In this document: piece by piece, positions 1 to 12,300 of the stretch
How positions within the stretch are numbered: position 1 is the first letter of the stretch
Layout: each line of letters opens with the position of its first letter
Origin: Ylistrum balloti
Lineage: Eukaryota
Assembly (NCBI RefSeq): GCF_031769215.1
Contig: NW_026782953.1
Location: 62,001-126,000 of the forward strand
DNA: 64,000 nucleotides
Reading direction: 5' to 3'
Translations under genes and position numbers: made by a program
The notes under the pieces: model-generated
Told to the model about the DNA's origin: nothing
What the model saw: only the letters and a program-made list of their open reading frames with translations
Databases searched by the model: none

Positions 1-832
1 GCTATTAGAGTTTGAGAAGGGGTCAAGGATATCCATTATTTTGTATCCACTTAAATTGCTATTCCAGTTTGAGAAGGGGTCAAGGATATCCATTATTTTG
101 TATCCACATAAATTGCTATTCGAGTTTGAGAAGGGGTCAAGGATATCCATTATTTTGTATCCACATAAATTGCTATTCGAGTTTTAGAAGGGTTCAAGGA
201 TATCTATTATTTTGTATCCACATTAATTGCTATTCGAGTTTGAGAAGGGGTCAAGGATATCCATTATTTTGTATCCACATAAATTGCTATTCGAGTTTTA
301 GAAGGGTTCAAGGATATCCATATTTTTGTATTCACATAAATTGCTATTCGAGTTTTAGAAAGGGTCAAGTATATCCATTGTTTTGTATCCACATAAATTG
401 CTATTCGAGTTTTAGAAAGGGTCAAGGATATCCATTGTTTTGTATCCACATAAATTGCTATTCGAGTTTGAGAAGGGGTCAAGGATATCCATTATTTTGT
501 ATCCATTTAAATTGCTATTCCAGTTTGAGAAGGGGTCAAGGATATCCATTATTTTGTATCCACATAAATTGCTATTCGAGTTTGAGAAGGGGTCAAGGAT
601 ATCCATTATTTTGTATCCACATAAATTGCTATTCGAGTTTTAGAAGGGTTCAAGGATATCCATATTTTTGTATTCACATAAATTGCTATTCGAGTTTTAG
701 AAAGGGTCAAGTATATCCATTGTTTTGTATCCACATAAATTGCTATTCGAGTTTTAGAAAGGGTCAAGGATATCCATTGTTTTGTATCCACATAAATTGC
801 TATTCGAGTTTGAGAAGGGGTCAAGGATATCC
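1..832. repeat. 57-bp tandem satellite, ~14.6 units, truncated by the window start
   Basis: Unit GCTATTCGAGTTTGAGAAGGGGTCAAGGATATCCATTATTTTGTATCCACATAAATT recurs at 1, 58, 115 ... 799. It generates the 19-aa periodic ORF 12..956. Confidence 0.97.
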
Positions 833-921
833 TTGTCTAAGTTTTGTCTCCTCATTCATTGTTATTAAGTTTGTTTGGAGGTCACATTTCTCGGGACATT
901 TTCTTCATGTTGGTAATGTCG

Positions 922-1146
922 ATAGAATGAAAAAGTTCCTACAACACAGCCAGTAGAAAATTCGATTGTGACATTTCTATGACTACATGGTCACCTTCAT
1001 CAGAAAAATGACCAGTGTGAAGCGTACTAGCACTGACTTACGTACTTTACGCGATGGAAAGGTTTCTGATAAAGGTGACCGCGTGGTCATCGAAACTAAC
1101 ATCATACTCAAATCTTCTACTGGTTGTGTTCCAAGAATCATTCTAT
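922..1146. mobile_element. Degenerate fold-back / MITE-like inverted repeat element
   Basis: Arms ~922-1006 and ~1063-1146 are reverse complements; the inner 28 bp (979-1006 vs 1063-1090) match at 24/28. The same arm sequence occurs at ~62590-62700 (+) and ~63041-63131 (-). Confidence 0.6.
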
Positions 1147-3318
1147 ACCGTCCACGAGATCTTTCCCTATTGTTTCGTCTCGTCATTCATAGCCACATTA
1201 TGGGTTGTGTATTACTGGACTTTTGACACAACGTACATATAGCAGGAAATCGTTAAGAATCTATAAATATATAACTGCGCCTCCAAAGTAGGATATTAGA
1301 AATATGTATGGAATTAAATAGCACAAAAACACAAAATATCTTAATTGTCAACCCTTTAATATTTCGCCATAAGCAGAATATTCGAGTACAACAGTAGAAC
1401 AATACCGAAGGTTACGTCCAAAGACAGTGTCTAGGAGACAACAGCCAGGGCCGTAAAGTACAGAAAAGGGGATTCACCGTCCAAGAGGACAAGTTCGTGG
1501 AGTGAAAATGACTGGTTGTTTAATGATTTTCCTTAATGTGGAATATTTTCACATAAGAAAATTGACCAAAATCAGGAAAAATTTTCACTTTACAAAAATC
1601 CATTGTGTACAGTGTGTGACGAACAGACAGCTCGGTTACAACATGTGAATTATAGTTATTCCACACAAATACCTAAAACAATACACGTATGATACTCATA
1701 AAAATATATTGCCTCAAAAAGAGGTACTAATTACTGTTCACCTAACTGGTGACTTGACATGACACTGTATTTGTATCAAACATTTGACGACGTATCAAAA
1801 CCTTTTGATGACGTTCAATTTTAAAACCTTATTACAATTCTTCAGATTCACTTCAACGTTTCACATACCTTTCTACAGACATTAAAAGCTGTCAAACGTT
1901 GAGGAGATTTAGAAGAATTCTCGTACCATGTGGTACTACATTAATCAATATATCACTCCAGCTTACTGCTGAAGTAATGTGTATAACAACCACATGATAG
2001 AAAACAACGATCTTATTTGGTGTGGAAGTCATGTGATAAGGTTTTGTTTACCCCTAGAGTTAATCTTAGAATCATATTCCGTTCCCTATAATCGTATCTT
2101 CATCTTTTGGCACAACCTTCCATCATACTCTTTCTCACAACACTAACTCAAACGCACGTTGGCACTTCCATTAATCTAACGCAACAGTCAATGTACCTTA
2201 TTTTGACAAACGCGCTGCCTCAGCTACCCAAATAGTCCCCACTAGGTTCCGAAGACCCGAACTCTACCAATAGTGCTATATCACAATCAATTTTAAAGGA
2301 CTGTATTATTTAGTATAACGCTTCATTATCTGATGTCTTGCTTGAGAAAAACTAGTTTACAAAACATGATACAACGATTTGCCTATGTATAATAGTTTCA
2401 TAGTACTGGATGGAGAACACAATGATACAATTTGACGCCAGCAATGCGTTTAAGGGAAAATTAAAATTCTTAATATAAGAAATGCAGGAAATATAAAAGT
2501 GCATGTAATACTTAAAGGACCAACTTGGTCATACTTCAAGTGTGTCTCCCATGTCTCTTATTGATGGATGACGTCCCGAAGTTCTACCCAAGTTTGATGT
2601 TCGTACCTGTCTTCTATATGATGTCCCTAACTTCACGTAAGCATTACACTAGTTTCTGTCTCCCCTGATAGATCATCCTAAATTGCATTGATACTTTTGT
2701 AACTGTCGCTCTTGTAATACTGATTCCAGCATTGTGAAAGAACGTATTTCAACAATTAAAGACGTATTCTATTTCCTCCTAAGCATGCAATACATAGCTA
2801 CATAATCGCATAAGTATAACATGTTCATCAGTTACCCTACCGATTTGTCTGGTTTCTTAACGAGAACAATATGTTCGATGGAGTATTGATGTAGGGCGGA
2901 TGAGTTTTCCTGTCCTATCGCTAGGCTATAATGACTTCTGATTAAAGATTCTTTTGAATATTACATAACTGAAATATATTTGTATATAGAAGATGAAACT
3001 GTAGTTAATCGTAAATGTCCTTTGATAATGTTCGTAATTACAATCTTAAAATTAGAAATAAACTAAAAGCGCTTAATTAATTGAAAATAAACTCTTCACG
3101 TACCGCAAAATATTGTCCGAAAAAGACTAACTACTTCAATATAGTAAAGGATGTTCGTAACATTGTGTGATATTTACCACAATCAACGCATAACTGTTCA
3201 GCGATTTTCATACCATTTTCAATATCTGACTACACTCTCTCGTTACTCTCGCTGGTGTAAAAGCGTAATCTTTTCAGTCGCACCCACAAAAGCACTGTTA
3301 ATGGGTCGACATGTCCAC

Positions 3319-6300
3319 TCATTTCGCCCCGATGATGTAAGCACATAGTTCCTGCCCATCAGTCAGATCTGGGTGTTGGTTCATGACAGTCCTAACTTTC
3401 TGTTCTGGGAACAGTCCACAAAGGTGGAAGTATACGCTGTAACGGGAGTCACTATGAGGTATTGGTGCATCCTCGACAAACATTGGCGAAGACGTCCTAG
3501 ATGTTTCCGCCGCCGATTGACTATGGCAAGCGCTTTGACTATTCGCTGGCAGGTTAGATTGGCCAATGAGGCCTCGGTTTTGATTGGAAACTTGAGAGGC
3601 TATCCCTGACTGGCTTCTTGGAATGTCACCATAGCGATTTTCACCTGGAGTATAATTTTGAGAACAGAACCCTGTGGACGACGAAGTAGAAGAAACCACA
3701 GATGGTCCCCAGATGTCGTCTTCACGTTTTGTGAGGATTCCCGTACGAAAATTGGGATCTTGTTCCTTGGCTTGGGAAGGCCGAGGCTGCACCAATTGAA
3801 ACGAACGAGATTGCTGGTGTGGTGTATTTCGAAGAAATCCTGGAAAAAGTGCAGGTTGTTTAATTTGTCCAGGAGCAAAACCTCTGTCGCTGAAAGACCA
3901 AGTGGTGTTTCCAGCATGATGTTTTTGTGGCTGTGTGTAAGTCTGACTATGTGGATATGTCGGAGCACCGTGGGTATATCCTCGGTTGAATTGATGCGAT
4001 ACCGGCTGTTGATGAACTTCATATCCGGGGCCGCGTGCAACGTAACTAGAGGAAAACCCTTCTCCTTGCTGGAAGTCTGCTCTTGAACCTTGGAATTCGC
4101 AAAAATTATAGTCAGTTTGTTCCATATCCCCACCTATATTATGTAATTGTGTGTCTGAAATGCTGTTTTGACGAGCCATTTTCTCGATTGGTGCAGCTGC
4201 AGCTGCACTCCTAAGTTGAGGAACTTCCGGAGCGCTCTGCATTCTGGCTAGTGTAGCATGCTCAACATTTAAATGTCTCCCACTAATTCCAGAAAAGAAA
4301 GGTTCGTTACATCCTCTGGTGTCCTGCTGAATATTCTGCATATGGTGCATCATTCCAGAGTCAATGGCGCCTGCACCAACATTACCAAAATTTTCTGACC
4401 CACGTACATCGTAAAATCCTTGTTGTCTCCCTTGAATAGGTTGCTGTCGTCTCTGGTTCGCCTGTTGACTTGCGTATCGTGGGTCATACGACAACTGTTG
4501 ATGTAGATGGCGATGCGTTCGAGGATCAGTTGCTCCCTGGAACGACATTTGCCGGCTAAGTTTTTGATGACGAGGTTGTGGCTGCTGCTCAGCGGACAAC
4601 ATCTGGTGCGACAAAATTTGGTTTTGCGGTTGTGGCTGACTGTACTGGGCTAGAGGAGAGTTACACCGATGTAGAGCAGCACGTGACTGTTTTAATTCTG
4701 TGGGAGGTGTCCTGGTGAGGTCACGCTCCTCCGGAACTTTCTGTCGTGCTTTTTTGTCTGCGGCCTCGTCCGAAAGCTTCTTTGCCAAAAGGAGATGCCC
4801 ACTCAGAAACTGTTCTTGTGGTTTTATGGGTTGTGTAGGACTACCTCTTTGTAGCGGCGAAGACGACCGGGAATTGATTTGGTCACTGGTTGTTAATGAC
4901 GCATGTAAGGATTCGCTCGTCGGTGCCATCTTCATAGTAGACGACTCTGCGTCTGAAGAGACGCTTTCCTCTTGCTTCTGCTTTTCTTCTTGTTCTGCTT
5001 GTTCCATTTTTTTCCTATAACCCGTGAGCTTATCATCGTACGATTTCCATTTTTCAGTCTTTTCCGCGCTGTGACTTGTCTGTTCTACCTTCTGTGCTGG
5101 TGGATTATCCGCGGCCAAGTCCCTGAAGTCGGGGGGAGACCCGATACCTACAGGATCAACAGGAGCTAGAGAGCTTGTTCGCTGCAAAGACATCTTTTGC
5201 TTCAATTGCTGCTTTCGGACGAGCACTTTCTTTTTATCGCCTGAAAATATCAAAACATACCGTTTCAAATCTGCAGCTATATGATCAATGTAAAATTTAA
5301 AAAAAGCGTTGTGTCAAGTAAGAGTTAAAAAATTGCACAGTGTGCATGTTATTGGTCACCATTATGTGCAAGTCAAATATATTTCCTTTTGTTGTTGTAT
5401 AAAAAATAATGAAATTAAATAACGAAATATTAATTTTATACCTTCCGCGTTTTTGCTCCCTCTCTCCATCAGATCTTGCATCTTCTGTTTAGTCTGTTCA
5501 GCCATTATATCTGTGACAGATTTCTGAGGATTATTTCCTCGCTCTGGGTGGTAGAACTTGCACTTGTTGCCATATGTACACTTCTTAATGCCGTATGGAC
5601 AGACCGGTGGCAAAGACAGCGGGACCGTTGGTTCACGACTCAGGAAGTTGTCCAGACTAGGTCCGTGTCTACCAAGTGGATCATCTGGAGGCATGAACCT
5701 ATTACAGGATAGCGGCGGTAAATACACATCTTTAACAAACATATATGCTATAATATAGTGTATTTCTAATGAAATCTAAGAAAACGCAAGACAAGAAATG
5801 AGTATCAATGGAAGTTATATATTGTGTAAATTGCAATATGATTGGCTACCAGTATTCCAACATAGTACAAAAGCACTAAACCGCGTAATAGGGTAACTAT
5901 GTAGGATTATTTTCAAATTAACTGCGTGTGTTTTTGAAATATCCTATTTAAATTATCTGATCAATGTTTCCCAATGCCCTTTGAAACTGGGGTTACAGTG
6001 GTCTCCTAACAACCTATGTATATGGGAGAGTGCACGAAAACTGGTAGCACAAGCTGCGAATTTCAACAATTTGGGGTTGGGGAGGGGGCAGTTGTTGTAT
6101 GAGGAACACTGACGACATCAAGGAAGTGATCGATAACTTTCTTATACTTGAAGTGTTAGGGTATTTCATGATTTTCCTAAAATTGTAATTTATTAAAATT
6201 TCGAAGCTTTTCGGCGGTTGGCTTGATCTACAATGTTAATATTCACAATCAAAATCCATGCTGAAATTAATGTACGATCGCTGAAATTTCAATCAAATGT

Positions 6301-9300
6301 GTGGGAACGGTCTGGACATGCACATTCGGTTGTGTTTTTGGAAGCTGACTAGCTCAAAATAAAAATCTTGAGTGAATTCCGTACCTGTCATTGACGAAAG
6401 AGTACATGAGAAGTCGTTCCTCTACAACTTTTTTGTACTCTGGATTCTCGTTGAGAAGGTCCCTATAATTGTCATTGGAAACCACAATGCCTCCTGTTTC
6501 TGCAGCTAGTTTGAGAATGTAACGATCATCGTAGCAGACGACACGTTTCCCACCAATTCGTCTGGCCGGCGTGAACACCAACACCTTTTCTTTTTCCAGA
6601 TGAATAAGAATATCTTGATCTGTACAAAGTGAAATATCATGAAAATATTTATCCTTTCATTCTCTTCCCGAATTCATGGACGCCCTCATCATACAATAGT
6701 AAACATTATCTTGCTTTCTTAAAACCCCATACCCACCTATCCGACAGCACTGATGTCATCCAAACCCTACTATCAAGCACTTCTGGTCCTAGTAATTCTT
6801 TAATAGTTATTAATCGGAATTTGAAGAAAAAAAACACATATTATTTTATTGTATGTATGTTATGCTATCCACTATAATATACAGTACTCAGAGACATAAA
6901 CAAAATCTTTAAATAGAAAGAAATTCACACCGACAATTTATATTAAGTCTGATATTACATTTTCTTTAATATTGTAAATGAGAGTCGGATAATCAGAAGA
7001 CTTGTTCATACGTTAGTGATGATATATGGGAATTTTCCATCACAATAAGTGGGTTATTTACGGGGAAGTAAATAGTTACTCGGGATGTAGTGAAAGCATG
7101 GCTTGTCTGTAACTATATACAGAGATGTGAAAATCGTTCACACAATTATATTTAGACATATCGTGATGCAGAAAGATGATAAAGATGATCTAATGCTTAT
7201 ATTAAACCATAGCAAAGATCATTGTAAATGTAAAAACGCTCTGTTAATGGTATGGTAAAAAATACACAAGATTTTTTTTTATCTTAACACAATATGAGAA
7301 TACCAATAAGGATCGTTAATTTTGCACCATTTTTTCGTACAAGATATGTCAAAATGTATATCGTGTTCTAGTTTATATACGATGGAAAGGTAAGTGATCT
7401 CTTCCATGTTTGTTACTGGGCACACGTAGCCGATAAACGAGATACGCCCAACAACATCGGTTTGTACACCAGTGAGGAGAATCAAATATACGGTCAGTGG
7501 TGTTGCGGTGTTAGTCACGTCTGAATTCCGAGGTGGTTACATACCTGCTGTAATTGTTTAACATGAATTTAGACATGTTTTGATATTCAACACTTTGTCT
7601 CCAGTCATCAGGTCGAAACAGTTGTAAGATAAAGTTGATTTCTCGTTTGCCAATATATTATAATTATACCTGATTTGTGTTGAATGGTGTCATTCGATTG
7701 TGTCCTTTGTACAGTCTTTTCACAAATGTAGGGAGAGAAAAACTTAAGTCAATAGATAATCGCATGACACTGTACAAACACATGACTGTATCATATTGTC
7801 CCTGGAAATATTTCGCAAACACCGCCTCCTCAATAATGTATATCATACCGCATGTATGCAAATAAGTCATCTAAATACCAAATTATTTATCACGATAGGC
7901 ATTACCATACTATTTAGTGCAGTTTAACTAATTAAATCAGTCGAAGAAGAGTCACCTTGTATGGTTCAATAACCCTGTAAACTATGATCGACTGTAGAGG
8001 GAATATCTACCTCTGATTTTGGAGTCCGGTCGTGACGTTTCCTTGCGCCACTGTGGCACAAACACTGTGATATCTTTGTGCCCCCGCATTCGAAACCACT
8101 CCACTGCCAATTCAATACCTCGACATGAGAACACTTCCTTGTTTCCATGACTACAAAAAATAAAAAAAAAACTTTGTGATTATTACGCGCTCATCAGACG
8201 AGGGAATTATATTCTTGGAGTCTATTCTGCAACTGAAACTCCAAGACTGTAAAACGAAGTATATCTCTTTTGTTTCAGTGGATAGTCATATTTCACTTAC
8301 ATGTATGCATTTTGTTCGAAAATGTTTGTCTTCAAATTTATATTCATGATTAATTATTTGATATTTAAAATTCGTTTTATTGTTCGGACTAGTATACACT
8401 GTACTTTGCTTAAAACGGCATATGGAACACTTGCCAAAGAGACCGGGGAAACGTATCCCCTTTCGTTACGTTTTCAGAAGGGGTACGCCCATCACTTCGA
8501 TTCTTACACATCAAATGTATATTCCTACAATAGACTGAGACGGGCGTGCCAGCCTAATATCTGACAATTATTTCATCGATAATATTAAGATTATGTGGGG
8601 GTATTAGATGAATTGTAATCTAAGATGTGATTAAGCAAAACGCCCATGTAAACAAGCGAGGCCATAACGAAAAGGTAGGATACCATGCATTCAACCTTAC
8701 GTGTTTTAGTTGATTGTCACATTGGGCGTGGGCGTTGATCCAACAGGTTTACTACGTCAATAAGTGGGAGGTGTGAAAATTCGATCTGGTTTGATCATGA
8801 TCTAACCAGTGAATTTAAAGTGCGATATATAAGTCCTTTCTAATACTGCTTCTATCTTTATTTTGCTAGCTTCTCATTGGTTTAGTGGACATCCGATTGC
8901 CCACGAACAATGTCTGCTGGATTCAGCAGTGTTTCTAGAAGGCGATCAAATGTGGATCACCAGCAGAATCGTGGGTTTTCCTCTGTGTTTTTTACTAAGG
9001 GGAAAATTGAAGAGACCAAAATAGATCTTTGTTTCCATGGAACACTCGGGATCTTGATATTTTTCTTTTCCTCTCTTGGATCCATGACTATATTGAGGAT
9101 GTTAAACCCCGTAAAAATCTGAAGGGCATTTTTCCTCTTTCAGTGTAAAATTTCTACTTTTAATAAATCCACTTATCGCTGCATAACTATCATCAAAAAT
9201 GTTGTACGATGTTCTCCGAATAACTTCCTAAAGTGGTGTTTTTTAAAGGTTTCTATTCGAACTAGCTCCTATCATCCTGTACCTATCCATATGTACCTGC

Positions 9301-12300
9301 TCGAACCAAAGCTATCTTGTACCAACTACCAACTTTTACCTACTTCTACTGAAATCCTATTTTACTCCTATAAATCTACAACTGCTATCCATCTACACTA
9401 ACTCGGTTATCTTGTGGTATTGACACACGTGTAGCGATTCCGCTCGAACCAACTGTTGTGTATACGTGCAGTATAGTTGAACCAACGGTGAAAAGTTGGT
9501 GCTTGTATGGGCTAATAGCGATTATTTCTTGTAGTTTACAATTGTCCCCATGTCTAAGGGCATAGATGTTACACGTAATAATTTTGTAAATACGTGAACC
9601 TAATAATATTTCCATTTAAAACCTGTTACCCTGCAATTCAGGGTCGTACTTTAACTCATGTTTATTCTATAATTATATGACGTCAGTCCAGTTGTACTGT
9701 TCTAAGATCCATTTACAGTTGGAGACTGAGTTAAGTAAGCGTGTTCATCAAAAACGTTTTGTGTACCTATAAATATGGTCAAGACCGAGTATTCCTGAAA
9801 TGCACTTCAGTGTTGAATGCTGTTTATTCAAGAATAAACACTGTGTTTTTCTCTGGTGACAGGATGTAACAGGTACGACTCCTTCATAACAGCGACAAAC
9901 ACGTCTACACCTGACAAGCTGGAGTCGACTGGGCACACCTTATTACTCACAATATTTACATATTTCCGGTATATTTTAATTAAACGTTTTATCTAGTATT
10001 AGAGTAAACAAGAAATCTGGCGATACTAGATATCCCTAATATCGACATAAACATCCGACAGAACACGGAGACTCAGCATCCATAATCCAATTTTCCTTCA
10101 GGGTTATCAACATACCTAGTAACTACACTGGTTTGTACTACCTATTCGTAGGTTCGCCATGCATACCAATACACAACAAATTTATTCAAATACAACATTT
10201 ACCCTTTTTCCATATGAAGATGGATTTACTTCATCTCTTTAAAACTGGGACAATACGTCATTTACTACTATTTACTAGTGAACGAAAAGAAAATTACTTT
10301 GACCAACCGAAATAGATAAAAAAAAACATGCTATGCGCCTAATACAGTTAGTTGAAAAGGGCAATGCAATGGGGATCTAAATACCTGAAGTTTACAAAGA
10401 AACTTTCTCTACTTTACTGTCGGTTACGAAATGTTCGTCAAAACTACTACAAGCCATGGTGTTTAGCCCATGCCTACCGGTATTAATACCAACGATACCG
10501 TCCTAACCCATGACTACCTATAACAACAGTCCTATACCCTTGACTACCAAAAACAACGGTCCTAACTCCATGACAACCACAACTTTCATCGGTCCTTGCC
10601 CTTTAACAAATACCTAAGGTCCTAACCCCCAAGACTACCAATACAAACAATCTTTTCCCAGTGACAATAAATAAAAAAATGGTCCTTATCCAGTGAAAAG
10701 CGATACCAACGGTATCGTACTTACTCAATGGCCACCAGTACTTGGTGACCGTCTTTATTTGGACCTACCTCATGGCCACATTGCTGCCGTCAATGACAAC
10801 AGGTCTGAATTTGTCGACGAACTCCAATTCCCGTCCTATGTGATCGGGAGTGCTGTGGTGTGGAGACACAGGTGCTTTTAATCCAAAGTCACTATCTAAT
10901 GGATCAAGTCTAGATTCCTCATCCGGAATTACACATTTTCCCAATTTTATAAGTTCTAATAAAATTTCATTCTCACTTGCTTCATGGCCTAATTTTTTTA
11001 TCACAGTTTTCAATTGAATTTCTGTATAGCCCAACTTTAAGGCAAACTCCACCTTCCCGCCATATTCTACACCACTGTGGAGCTTTTCTACCTCTTCGTC
11101 AGAAGAGCTCTTGAGTTCGGTGTGAGGACTAGATAAATTGAGGTGCGTTAATTGTTTTTCGATGTGGTGTGCGTCTGATTGCGTTTTTAAGTCATCTTTT
11201 GATATTGTCGTATCGACAGTCAAATCACTAACATCGTCTAAATCACGTGTTGGAACGGAATCACAACCTCGTTTTAAGATACCATCAGAAAAATCCACAA
11301 AGGAATGACATGCTGGTTCGCTGTCAGTTTGCAAACTCGAATCATCTTCACTCGTAAGGATTTGCACATTTTCACAATACACATTTTCATCATCATCAGT
11401 GGAATCTTGCAATGTCTGCATTTCTGGTGTACACTGTGTCCTATTTTCTTCAGAATCCTTTTTCGCTAAAACATGGTCATTTTCATCATTTTCGTCGCAT
11501 TTCTCCCCTGTGTTTCTAAGGTTCAGTGAAGAATCGACTACACCTTTATTCAGCATCATGTTTATCATTAACTCGGCGGATCTGACATTGTCTACTTTTC
11601 CATAGACACGAAGTATATTGGTTTCTCGATCGAGCTCCAGTACGGCCTGGGAACACTGCTCTATCGAGTCCCGATTTTCTATCAACATTGTTAATTGAGA
11701 TCCAGTTAAACTAATCGTAAATGTGGCCCTCTCCTCTCCTTCAGAAGTCAGTGATGAAATATAGTTCTAAAATAAACAAAATTAATGACATTAAAAGTTC
11801 AAAGCACATATATATAAATTGACCATATCATTAAAAGTCCAAAAAAGTACCATGGATAGGCCCACACTCCGATTGTATATGCTTACATTATACATCTCAC
11901 TGGAAAAATCCAGTAAATCTACCACAGTATATCTATATAAATGTTACATCTGTCGACAACTCAAGACACAATACTAAATGGATAAAGGTTATGTCTGCAT
12001 GACGTGTAATACAGCGTGTAGTTCATCACGTATCTGCAAATATAATTTAATATGCAGTTCACATTAATGTAGACTCTTAACTTGTACACAGTTTGAAGTA
12101 AATTTGATTTTTAATCAAAGGAAATTCAGAAAATGTCAATTTAATTTGTGTACTGTTAGGCACGTCCAAAATTTAACGTACGCGTATCTATGATTAATTC
12201 TGATGACTGCTTATTTATCTCTGGGAACGAACATAAACAGTACTTGTGGTGTACTGATTCACGATCTATATTAAAACTTTTTTACCTAGAAAAGATACAT

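Noticed and set aside
12-956. 314-aa Cys/His-rich repeat ORF
   Set aside because: Product of a 57-bp (3n) satellite; TTG start, no splice or homology support.
1395-1535. Purine-rich stretch that could be a plus-strand terminal exon (...VQKRGFTVQEDKFVE*)
   Set aside because: Only ~36 codons, poor polypyrimidine tract, no upstream exons visible; cannot be supported without transcripts.
1250-3318. Autoregulatory Regnase/Roquin stem-loop in the Regnase 3'UTR
   Set aside because: I found no convincing short stem with a Py-Pu-Py triloop by eye; a folding and covariation search is needed.
3373-5169. Several plus-strand or alternative-frame ORFs over the Regnase last exon
   Set aside because: Shadow ORFs with no independent features.
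9015-9045. Minus-strand HGNKDLF resembling a duplicate of Regnase exon 3
   Set aside because: No acceptor, stop after a few codons; explained by a chance GTTTCCATGG motif.
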